DNA of 64,000 bases from an uncultured delta proteobacterium (lineage in GTDB: Bacteria > Myxococcota_A > Polyangia > Polyangiales > Houyiibacteriaceae): assembly GCA_963768985.1 (NCBI GenBank), contig CAVYJZ010000009.1, positions 650,188 through 714,187 of the forward strand. The letters run 5' to 3'. The position numbers and the translations under genes are program-made. This document shows positions 25,448 through 32,840 of this stretch, piece after piece (positions within the stretch are counted from its first letter, which is position 1; each line of letters begins with the position of its first letter). The notes beneath the pieces are model-generated. The model was not told the origin of the DNA. It did no database searches and saw only the letters and a program-made list of their open reading frames with translations.

Positions 25448-25909
25448 TTAGAGGCTTCGCTTCTTGCCGCGCAGGCCTCGGCGACTACCTTTCGGCTTCT
25501 TCGGCCGATCGAACGAGCGACCGTCACCACCACCGCCGCTGCCCCGATCGTAGCCGCCGCCATGATCATACTCGCTGCGCGCAAAGCGATCGGGTGGAGG
25601 CCCGAAGTCCCGGGGCTGACGCGGGGGCCGGGGACGGTCTTCCGCGATGTCTAGGCGCAATTCGCGTCCACCGACTTCGCGGCCGTGGAACTTCTCGACC
25701 GCTTGAGCGGCATGCTCTTCGGCAGCGAACCGAATGAATGCGAAGCCTCTCGGGCGTCCGCTTTCGCGATCCTTTGGAATGTGAACGTCAACGACCTCAC
25801 CGATCTCTCCGAAGAGCTCACGTAGCTCTTGGTCTGTCGTGCCGAAGTTGAGGTTCCCTACAAATATCTTACTTGAAATGACTGACTCCGTTCTCCTGTA
25901 TGTGCACAT
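25448..25909 (-). CDS. RRM-type RNA-binding protein with an Arg/Gly-rich C-terminal tail
   Basis: RNP-2 KIFVGNL and RNP-1 RGFAFIRF. The tail reads ...DHGGGYDRGSGGGGDGRSFDRPKKPKGSRRGLRGKKRSL. The ATG at 25909 leaves 13 residues before RNP-2; the track start at 26041 is too far upstream. Confidence 0.8.
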   Translation of the reverse strand: MCTYRRTESVISSKIFVGNLNFGTTDQELRELFGEIGEVVDVHIPKDRESGRPRGFAFIRFAAEEHAAQAVEKFHGREVGGRELRLDIAEDRPRPPRQPRDFGPPPDRFARSEYDHGGGYDRGSGGGGDGRSFDRPKKPKGSRRGLRGKKRSL

Positions 25910-25985
25910 TTGGCACGTTTTGGGGTTCGAGTCCAAGCGGGAGGCCGTGACCCGGATTTGACTTCGTTCTCGCGCAAGCCCTGGC

Positions 25986-26882
25986 TCAATAGTGCCAGGG
26001 GAACTTTCGATAGTCTTGAGGCCGCTTTTCCAGGAAGGCATCCCGGCCCTCCTGAGCCTCTTCCGTGGCGTAAGCCAAGCGGGTGGCTTCCCCGGCGAAG
26101 ATCTGCTGACCGACGAGGCCGTCGTCGATCATGTTGAAACCGAACTTGAGCATTCGCATGGCCGTAGGGCTCTTCGAGTTGACCTCCTTCGCCCAAGAAA
26201 GCGCGAAATTCTCGAGATCGGCGTGCGGTACGACTGCATTGACCATTCCCATCTCGGCCGCTTCCTGGGCGCTGTAGCTCAGGCCCACGAAGAAGACCTC
26301 TCGCGCCTTTTTTTGCCCGACCTGTCGGGCTAGCAGGGCGGAGCCGTAACCACTATCGAAGCTGGCGACATCAGGGTCGGTTTGCTTGAAGAGCGCGTGC
26401 TCCTCGCTCGCGATGGTCATGTCGCAAACCACGTGCAGGCTGTGGCCACCGCCGACCGCCCAGCCGGGGACCACCGCGATGACGATCTTCGGCATGAAAC
26501 GAATCAGGCGCTGCACTTCCAAGATGTGCAGCCGTCCCAGCCTCGCAGGGTCGATCTCGCCGGCCGCCTCGGTCTCGTATTTGTATCCGTCCTTGCCGCG
26601 GATGCGCTGATCGCCGCCTGAGCAGAACGCCCAACCCCCGTCCTTGGAAGAAGGGCCGTTGCCGGTGAGCAGCACGCAGCCGACGTCGGGGGTTTGCCTT
26701 GCATGGTCGAGCACTCGGAAGAGCTCGTCCACGGTGCGCGGGCGGAATGCGTTGCGCACCTCGGGCCGATGGAAGGCGATTCGGACCGTCCCGTGATCCT
26801 TGGCGCGGTGGTATGTGATGTCCTGCAACTCGAAGCCGGGCACCTCGGTCCACTTGGATGCGTCGAATATCTCAGAAACCAT
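25986..26882 (-). CDS. menB: 1,4-dihydroxy-2-naphthoyl-CoA synthase
   Basis: 298 aa from the ATG at 26882. ITYHRAKDHGTVRIAFHRPEVRNAFRP, VLLTGNGPSSKDGGWAFCSGGDQRIRG and VVPGWAVGGGHSLHVVCD are MenB/crotonase signatures. Confidence 0.9.
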   Translation of the reverse strand: MVSEIFDASKWTEVPGFELQDITYHRAKDHGTVRIAFHRPEVRNAFRPRTVDELFRVLDHARQTPDVGCVLLTGNGPSSKDGGWAFCSGGDQRIRGKDGYKYETEAAGEIDPARLGRLHILEVQRLIRFMPKIVIAVVPGWAVGGGHSLHVVCDMTIASEEHALFKQTDPDVASFDSGYGSALLARQVGQKKAREVFFVGLSYSAQEAAEMGMVNAVVPHADLENFALSWAKEVNSKSPTAMRMLKFGFNMIDDGLVGQQIFAGEATRLAYATEEAQEGRDAFLEKRPQDYRKFPWHY

Positions 26883-26889
26883 CGTCCTG

Positions 26890-27504
26890 TTACTCCGTGA
26901 ACTCGCTGAGCACGGCCAGGATGATCCGCCCGAGGAGCGTCGCCACCTGTTGCCGCGAGAAGTCGCCATCGATCCAACGCTGGAGAATCTCGCCCGCGCC
27001 GCTCAGCATCATGTCGGCAAGCGCCTGCGCTTCGGCATCTTCCACACCGGTGAGCTCACGAAGGGGAAGCAGCCAGGGCTCGACGAGCTGACCGCGGAAT
27101 TCCTTGCTGATCGCGGAGATCTCCCGATCGGGGCCGACCGACCGAAGCAACTGCCAACCGCCCGATCCTTTGGCTTCGATTGTGTCGCAGGCGGCGTCGA
27201 TGAATCCGCGCGCAATCGAGGCAACGTCCGCGACTCCCTCTTCCTCCATGATATTTGGAGTTCGACGAGCGAAATCTTCGCGGAAGTCTTCGAGGACACC
27301 TTTGATCAGCTCGTGCCGGTTGGGAAAGAACTTGTAGACGACGGGCCGAGTGATTCCAGCGGCCGCCGCCACGTGCGGGATGCGCACTTTGTCGATGCCG
27401 TCGGCAGCGATGATGTCCGAAGCGACCCGCAGCAATTGCTGTTGGCGGTCTTCGGGACTCAGTCTCGTGCGTGCGGCGTCGCTGGGTCTGTTGGTTGAAG
27501 ACAT
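26890..27504 (-). CDS. TetR/AcrR-family transcriptional regulator
   Basis: 204 aa. N-terminal HTH LLRVASDIIAADGIDKVRIPHVAAAAGITRPVVYKFFPNRHELI. 7 nt upstream of menB. Confidence 0.85.
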   Translation of the reverse strand: MSSTNRPSDAARTRLSPEDRQQQLLRVASDIIAADGIDKVRIPHVAAAAGITRPVVYKFFPNRHELIKGVLEDFREDFARRTPNIMEEEGVADVASIARGFIDAACDTIEAKGSGGWQLLRSVGPDREISAISKEFRGQLVEPWLLPLRELTGVEDAEAQALADMMLSGAGEILQRWIDGDFSRQQVATLLGRIILAVLSEFTE

Positions 27505-27513
27505 GGGCTCATG

Positions 27514-27543
27514 AAAAAGGGTGGCCCCCGATAGAAGCCACCC
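27514..27543 (-). terminator. Rho-independent terminator-like hairpin after the SCP2 gene (GGGTGGC-11 nt-GCCACCC-TTTTT on the minus strand)
   Basis: Perfect 7-bp GC-rich stem (27519..27525 / 27537..27543) followed on the minus strand by TTTTT (27514..27518). 25 nt downstream of the SCP2 stop and only about 10 nt upstream of the TetR ATG. Confidence 0.5.
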
Positions 27544-27568
27544 TGGTCGAGTTTAGACGACGACCGGC

Positions 27569-27910
27569 TCAGTCTTGAGCCAGGTTCATCACCTGCTGAA
27601 GGCTCATCGCCAGCGTCATGTCGCCGTCGATCTTGATCTTCCCGGACATGAAGGCCTGCATCGGATTCAGCGAGCCATTGAGCATGCCGAGCCAATCCTC
27701 GGCGGACACGGTGATGGTTGCGCCCGGGCTCGCATGGGTACCCGTATTGGCGAAACCGCCGGTCTTGCCCTTCGTGAGGTCCAGGTTCCACTCGCCGCCA
27801 CCGTCGCCGGTGATGTTGAACTGGTAAATTGCGTTGGGCTGAGTGGCCGCGTCGGTATTGGCGGCGGCTCTCTGCTCAAACTTCTCGAAGAACTCAGCTG
27901 CGGATTTCAT
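27569..27910 (-). CDS. SCP2 (sterol carrier protein 2) domain protein
   Basis: 113 aa. ...YQFNITGDGGGEWNLDL...TITVSAEDWLGMLNGSLNPMQAFMSGKIKIDGDMTLAMSLQQV is the classic SCP2 fold signature. Confidence 0.8.
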   Translation of the reverse strand: MKSAAEFFEKFEQRAAANTDAATQPNAIYQFNITGDGGGEWNLDLTKGKTGGFANTGTHASPGATITVSAEDWLGMLNGSLNPMQAFMSGKIKIDGDMTLAMSLQQVMNLAQD

Positions 27911-28039
27911 GAATATTGCCTCTCTTGTTGTGTTGGCCGCCGTTTCCAGCCGCTGGTCGGTGTGGCTGACCGGAGACGAGTTGTAACCGAAATCGCCGCG
28001 GTATGCACCCCCGTTTCAAGCGCCAAAAACTCAGCGATT

Positions 28040-28234
28040 TCAGTCATCCACGATGGAAAGCGCTCGAACTGGGCAGACGTCGACCGCATCTTGTGCCGCT
28101 TCCCGCAGCTCCTCGGGGGGACTCGGATCGATGACGATCAGGGAGCCATCGGAGGAGAACTTGAACAGCTCTGGGGCGACACCCACGCACTGCCCGTGAG
28201 CGGCGCAGAGATTCTTGTCATGAACGATTCGCAT
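28040..28234 (-). CDS. Small single-cluster ferredoxin (3Fe-4S/4Fe-4S type)
   Basis: 64 aa from the ATG at 28234: MRIVHDKNLCAAHGQCVGVAPELF...DAVDVCPVRALSIVDD (C..HGQC...CP pattern). The track ORF 28040..28384 is over-extended. Confidence 0.75.
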   Translation of the reverse strand: MRIVHDKNLCAAHGQCVGVAPELFKFSSDGSLIVIDPSPPEELREAAQDAVDVCPVRALSIVDD

Positions 28235-28370
28235 GGAGCCGGGAATGTAGGCGAATTGGAGCGGCCTGTCAGCCGCTTCTCGAAGGGCTTGAAACAAGCC
28301 GGAAACCTTCGACACATCGACCGGAAACAGCCCGGATCTACGCTCGGCGCACTTCAAGGAGGAACCGGGG

Positions 28371-29603
28371 ATGGACGCTCTCAATCAGGCGGATACCGCA
28401 TGGCTCATGGTGTCGTGTGCGCTGGTGATGCTCATGACGCCGGGCTTGGCGCTCTTCTATGGCGGCATGGTGAACTCGCGAAACGTGCTCTCGTCGTTCA
28501 TGCACAGTTTCATCGCGTTGGGCATCATCACACTTCAGTGGGTGGTCATCGGTTACTCGCTGTCGTTCGGCTCGGATGCTGGCGGTGGGCTCATCGGTGG
28601 CTTCGATCACGCGTTCTTGAACGGCGTAGGTCTCGCCCCCCAAGAGGGTTCCACGATCCCGCAGATTCTGTTCATGGCGTTCCAAATGATGTTCGCGATC
28701 ATCACGCCGGCGCTGATCTCCGGCGCCATCGCCGAGCGGATGAAGTTCTCTGCGTACTTCGTGTTCATCATCCTCTGGGCGACTTTCGTGTACGATCCGA
28801 TTTGTCACTGGGTCTGGGGGCCGGACGGCTGGCTCGGCGCTCGAGGAGCGCTCGACTTCGCGGGCGGCACCGTCGTTCACCTCTCATCGGGCACGGCAGC
28901 GTTGGTCTGCGCCCTGGTCATCGGTCGCCGTAGCCGTCCCGGCCCGCCGCACAACTTGACCCTGACCTTGACGGGCGCGGGTTTGCTCTGGTTCGGTTGG
29001 TTTGGATTCAATGCAGGCAGCGCACTAGCGTCGAACGAGAGTGCGGCGCTTGCCCTGGTCAACACCCATCTGGCTGCAGGCGCCGCCGCAACGGCCTGGG
29101 CCATCGTCGAGTGGATCAAACAGGGCAAGCCCACCGCTCTCGGCGTCGCCTCCGGCCTGGTGGCGGGGTTGGTGTGCATCACGCCTGCCGCAGGCTTCGT
29201 GGGTCCAATCTCGGCGGTGGTCATGGGTCTGGCGGCGGGTCCGGTTTGTTACGGAGCCGTGATGCTCAAGGGCCGCCTTGGCTATGACGATGCGCTGGAT
29301 GCGTTCGGCATCCACGGTGTGGGCGGCGCCTTGGGCGCGGTCTTGACCGGTGTGTTCGCCGCCGAGGTCTGGGGGGGTCACACGGGGCTCATCGGCGGCA
29401 ACAGCCATCTCTTCATCGAGAACATCATCGGCGTGCTCGCTGCTGGGGCGTATTCGATCGTGGTGACCTTCGTCCTCCTGAAGGCCATCGATGCCACCAT
29501 TGGCCTCCGCGTCAGCAAGGACGAGGAGCGCGAGGGCCTCGACACCAATATGCACGGCGAAGAGGGTTACCACATGGGCGGCGCCACGGCGCTCACCGAG
29601 TAG
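28371..29603 (+). CDS. amt: Ammonium transporter (Amt family)
   Basis: 410 aa. DTAWLMVSCALVMLMTPGLALFYGG and DFAGGTVVHLSSG. RBS AAGGAGG lies 8 nt upstream. No glnK follows. Confidence 0.9.
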   Translation: MDALNQADTAWLMVSCALVMLMTPGLALFYGGMVNSRNVLSSFMHSFIALGIITLQWVVIGYSLSFGSDAGGGLIGGFDHAFLNGVGLAPQEGSTIPQILFMAFQMMFAIITPALISGAIAERMKFSAYFVFIILWATFVYDPICHWVWGPDGWLGARGALDFAGGTVVHLSSGTAALVCALVIGRRSRPGPPHNLTLTLTGAGLLWFGWFGFNAGSALASNESAALALVNTHLAAGAAATAWAIVEWIKQGKPTALGVASGLVAGLVCITPAAGFVGPISAVVMGLAAGPVCYGAVMLKGRLGYDDALDAFGIHGVGGALGAVLTGVFAAEVWGGHTGLIGGNSHLFIENIIGVLAAGAYSIVVTFVLLKAIDATIGLRVSKDEEREGLDTNMHGEEGYHMGGATALTE

Positions 29604-29661
29604 CCCACCCTCGGTGGACGAGCCCATTGTCTGGGACCTGCGTTCATCGTAGGTCTCGGAC

Positions 29662-30048
29662 ATGGGTCTAACTCGCTTCGTTGCCAGGTTGTTCGGAAAG
29701 GCCAAAGCGTCGCAGGGACCTCTTCCGGAAGCCGAGGAGCGCGACTACTCGTTATCCGAGCTCTCCGAATACGACGGCTCGGATTCGACCAAACCGCTCC
29801 TCGTCGCCATCCGGGGTCAGGTGTACGATGTGACCCGCGGCCGCGATTTCTACGGTCCGGGCGCGCCCTACGGGATGTTTGCCGGAAAGGACTGCACCCG
29901 CGCGTTGGCAAAGATGGCATTCGACGAAGAATTGTTCACCGCGGACATCGATGGGCTCGAGGCCGAGGAGCTCGAGAAGCTCGAAGAATGGATCGAGATG
30001 TTCGAGGGAAAATACCGGCGTATCGGACGAGTCCTCAGCAGCGCATAG
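29662..30048 (+). CDS. Cytochrome b5-like heme/steroid-binding domain protein (MAPR/PGRMC-Dap1-like)
   Basis: 128 aa. LSELSEYDGSDSTKPLLVAIRGQVYDVTRGRDFYGPGAPYGMFAGKDCTRALAKMAFDEE...LEEWIEMFEGKYRRIGRV follows the MAPR pattern. It lacks the two axial His of classical b5. Confidence 0.75.
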   Translation: MGLTRFVARLFGKAKASQGPLPEAEERDYSLSELSEYDGSDSTKPLLVAIRGQVYDVTRGRDFYGPGAPYGMFAGKDCTRALAKMAFDEELFTADIDGLEAEELEKLEEWIEMFEGKYRRIGRVLSSA

Positions 30049-30081
30049 GTGAGGCAGTTGCTGCAGAGCGCAGAGTGGGAG

Positions 30082-31281
30082 TCACGGGGACAGCACTGGC
30101 GTGACCTGGAGCACTTCTCCGTCGGGGCCACTTGCGTCGTTGGTGATGTACAGGAGGCCATCCGGTCCCTGGCGGGGGGAGCGCAGGCGCCCTCGATCCT
30201 CGATCACGCGGAAATCGTTCGTGACCTCGCCTGCGGAGCTCACGAAGTAGATGTGCAAGTGCATGGCCTTCAGGGTGGCGACCGCGAGCGCGCCGTTCCA
30301 ATCGCCCCAGCGGTCTCCTTCGAGGAAGGTTGCACCAGACGGTGCGAGGGTTGGCGCGCCGCTCGACCAGATCGCTGCCACCGCATCGGGATAGCTATCG
30401 AGGTCGGTCATGGGAACCGATTCGTTGTACCCCGGCACCGGATTCCAGCCGAAGTTGCCGGCTAGGAGCAGATTGAGCTCGTCGTCGATGGACGGGCCAT
30501 GCTCGGCGGATACGCCGAGGCCGTCCCCGGATCGGAACGCAATTCCCTGAACGTTGCGATGGCCTTTCGAAAACCAGAGTCGTCCGCCCGCATTGCCAGC
30601 TGCGGCTGCTCCGTTTCGATCGACGCGCAACACTTTTCCGCCAAGCGCGTTGTCGTCTTGAGGTGTGGTGCCGATTGCGGCGTCTCCGGTGCCCACCCAG
30701 AGGTACCCGTCGGGTCCAAAGCGAGGGCGACATCCGCTGTGTCGTCCGGAGCTGTAAGGCATGCCGGTGACGATGTCGCTCTGGCCCAGCTCGGTCTCGC
30801 CATTCGGCGTGGCGAGCGTATAGCGTCTCACGCGCACGTCCGTCGCTCCACCCGCGTTCGATGCCATGCACACGTAGACATAGCCATTGCTCGAGAAGTC
30901 CGGATCGACCTCGAGGCCGAGCATGCCGCCTTCACTGGCCAGGACCACGTCAGCGGCCGTGATGACGAACGGCTCGCCATCGATGCCGTCCACGTAGACG
31001 TTGAGCCGTCCGGCCTTCTCGGTGACCAGCATGGTTCCGTTTGGAAGCCAAGCGATGTCCCAGGGCTTGTCGAGGCCGGTGATCAGCGGGGTCACGGCGA
31101 GGTCGGAGACGAACCCGATGCCACCGGAGCCGCCGGCCCCGCCGGAGCCACTCGCGCCGCTGGAACCGCCGATGCCACCAAAGCCACCCGAACCGCCGGA
31201 GCCACCCACGCTCTCACTGGTCGTTGAAGTGCTGCACGCCGCCAGCAAGATGGCGCCGACCAAAAAGATTCTAAACCCCAC
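30082..31281 (-). CDS. PQQ-dependent sugar dehydrogenase-like beta-propeller lipoprotein
   Basis: 399 aa. Lipobox LLAACS, then a Gly/Ser linker, then LDKPWDIAWLPNGTMLVTEKAGRL and GHRNVQGIAF, typical of soluble glucose/sorbosone dehydrogenases. Confidence 0.8.
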   Translation of the reverse strand: MGFRIFLVGAILLAACSTSTTSESVGGSGGSGGFGGIGGSSGASGSGGAGGSGGIGFVSDLAVTPLITGLDKPWDIAWLPNGTMLVTEKAGRLNVYVDGIDGEPFVITAADVVLASEGGMLGLEVDPDFSSNGYVYVCMASNAGGATDVRVRRYTLATPNGETELGQSDIVTGMPYSSGRHSGCRPRFGPDGYLWVGTGDAAIGTTPQDDNALGGKVLRVDRNGAAAAGNAGGRLWFSKGHRNVQGIAFRSGDGLGVSAEHGPSIDDELNLLLAGNFGWNPVPGYNESVPMTDLDSYPDAVAAIWSSGAPTLAPSGATFLEGDRWGDWNGALAVATLKAMHLHIYFVSSAGEVTNDFRVIEDRGRLRSPRQGPDGLLYITNDASGPDGEVLQVTPVLSP

Positions 31282-31312
31282 CGTGATGATCTTGTCTGCA
31301 GGTCATTGGATT

Positions 31313-32173
31313 TCAAGCCTCGGGAAATCGGCGGTAGGTCAATGTAGCGAGTGTGCCTACGCAAAGCGCGGTCATTGCATACAGAAATGGCATCTTGAGC
31401 AGGGCGTCTTGATCCGCATCGGGAAACGTCGCGAGGATGACCGCGATCGCGAGCGGTGTATTTTGCACACCGGTCTCGAGCGAGACTGCATGTCGTTGAC
31501 GCGGGAGAAGTCCGGCGAGGCGTGCGACTCCATAGCCGAGAATCATCCCGCTCGCCGCTACGAAGACGCAGGCTAGAAGGCTGGCGTCCTGGGCCGTCAA
31601 CAAGAGGTCCAGTTGATCCGAGACAGTGGTGATCAGCAGCACAACCAACAACAGCGCTCCCGAAAGAGCTCCCACGCGCTCGACTCTCTTCGCGGTCGCG
31701 ACGGACCGGTGTCGGATCCACATCCCAGCAGCGATCGGCACGAGCATCAATGCGAGCGTGCCCATCACGGCGAAGAATGGGACATCCATCTGCCTCTGCG
31801 TGAGCGACGCGGTATACGCGTACAAGAGCGACGGCATCATCACGACCGACACCAAGGTCGAGATCGCGGTCATTGAAACGCTGAGAGCAAGGTCCGCCCG
31901 CGAGAAGTAGGAAAACATGTTGCTTGCGTTGCCGCCCGAAGTGCAGGCCATGAGCATTAAACCCAAGGCGTCGGTGCCCTCGAGCGCAAATCTTCGAATC
32001 GCCAAGTACGCCAGGAAAGGCATCCAACCGAATTGCGAGAGGAGTCCGATCAGGACGGCACGCGGCCGCCGCAGCGCGCGCGCATAGTCACCAGGTTTCA
32101 GCGACGCGCCCATGCCCACCATGAGGATGAGGGTCAAGGCCCCGATGAGCGCCTTGTCGAAACCGCTGAGCAT
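31313..32173 (-). CDS. Bile acid:sodium symporter (BASS) family transporter
   Basis: Multi-TM protein. LILMVGMGASLKPGDYARALRRPRAVLIGLLSQFGWMPFLAY is the BASS N-terminal signature. Start is uncertain (ATG at 32173 chosen; 32233/32236/32263 possible). Confidence 0.8.
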   Translation of the reverse strand: MLSGFDKALIGALTLILMVGMGASLKPGDYARALRRPRAVLIGLLSQFGWMPFLAYLAIRRFALEGTDALGLMLMACTSGGNASNMFSYFSRADLALSVSMTAISTLVSVVMMPSLLYAYTASLTQRQMDVPFFAVMGTLALMLVPIAAGMWIRHRSVATAKRVERVGALSGALLLVVLLITTVSDQLDLLLTAQDASLLACVFVAASGMILGYGVARLAGLLPRQRHAVSLETGVQNTPLAIAVILATFPDADQDALLKMPFLYAMTALCVGTLATLTYRRFPEA

Positions 32174-32241
32174 CCCAGCATCATACACGCGCACGATTGA
32201 GCAAAACTGGAATGTGTTCCTGCGTCGGGGCATCATGAGCC

Positions 32242-32715
32242 GTGCTCGGACGAGGGAGGTCACTGGGATTGCTTCTGGGCGCGGTCTGCGCGGCAGGCTG
32301 TTACGAGGCCGTCGCGGTCGACCCGTTTCCTGACGCCAGCACGGACTCCGGCACCGATGCCAGCACTGACGCCGGCGCCGATGCCGGCCCGGACTCGGGC
32401 ACTGACGCAGGCATCGACGCCGGCACGAACGCCGACGCCGGCACGGATGCTGGGACTGACGCTGGCACCGATGCGGACGTCCCCGACGCGAGCGTGGCTC
32501 CGGCAGGCTGCATGGACCTCTGCGATCTCGTTCTCGATTGGACGGCGGAGCAACTCAGATGCATCGGGCAGGTCGTGCGGCTCGCTGGCTACGCGCCCGG
32601 CGCGACGCCACCGTGCCGGCTCATCCGTAGTCCGCAGGAGTGCCTGGACTGTAGCGAGGCGTTGGGGCTGACCGAGAACATCTGTCGCGGGGCTTCGTTC
32701 ATCTGTCTGCCTTAG
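32242..32715 (+). CDS. Secreted Cys-rich lipoprotein with a D-A-G-T repeat linker
   Basis: 157 aa. Signal/lipobox LLLGAVCAAGC, about 50 aa of (T/S)DAG repeats, and a C-terminal domain with 8 Cys. Confidence 0.55.
   Translation: MLGRGRSLGLLLGAVCAAGCYEAVAVDPFPDASTDSGTDASTDAGADAGPDSGTDAGIDAGTNADAGTDAGTDAGTDADVPDASVAPAGCMDLCDLVLDWTAEQLRCIGQVVRLAGYAPGATPPCRLIRSPQECLDCSEALGLTENICRGASFICLP
32332..32490 (+). repeat. Imperfect 12-nt periodic coding repeat (GGCACNGAYGCN-like) encoding (G)TDA units
   Basis: Read directly: ...ggcaccgatgcc agcactgacgcc ggcgccgatgcc ggcccggactcg ggcactgacgca ggcatcgacgcc ggcacgaacgcc gacgccggcacg gatgctgggact gacgctggcacc gatgcg... Confidence 0.7.
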
Positions 32716-32840
32716 TGTCTGGTCGACCAGCGGTGTGGAGGTGCAGGGCAGGCCTGCACGCTTGTCGAAGTCCTATTGACCGCCATTGCGCACCGGCGCA
32801 GCATCCCGCGGTGGACACCGAGAAGATCATCAATGAAGTC

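Noticed and set aside
25922-25940. tRNA-like T-arm string GGTTCGAGTCC
   Set aside because: The flanking bases do not form a T-stem (only 2 of 5 pairs). No acceptor, anticodon or D arms could be built. It lies in the 5' leader of the RRM gene on the opposite strand.
25986-26882. menB without other men genes as evidence for a non-menaquinone role
   Set aside because: The protein has full MenB signatures, and scattered men genes are common. There is nothing in the sequence to support a different function.
28235-28370. Sigma-54/NtrC-type promoter upstream of amt
   Set aside because: No TGGCAC-N5-TTGC element was found by eye. Only a 6-bp inverted repeat (AGCGGC..GCCGCT at about 28262..28282) and a good RBS are visible.
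27575-28933. 452-aa plus-strand ORF
   Set aside because: It is antisense to the SCP2 and ferredoxin genes and out of frame with amt. No motifs. A shadow ORF.
32332-32490. Tandem repeat considered as a CRISPR array or mobile-element repeat
   Set aside because: It has a 12-nt period, no spacers, and is in frame inside a lipoprotein ORF. It is a coding low-complexity linker.
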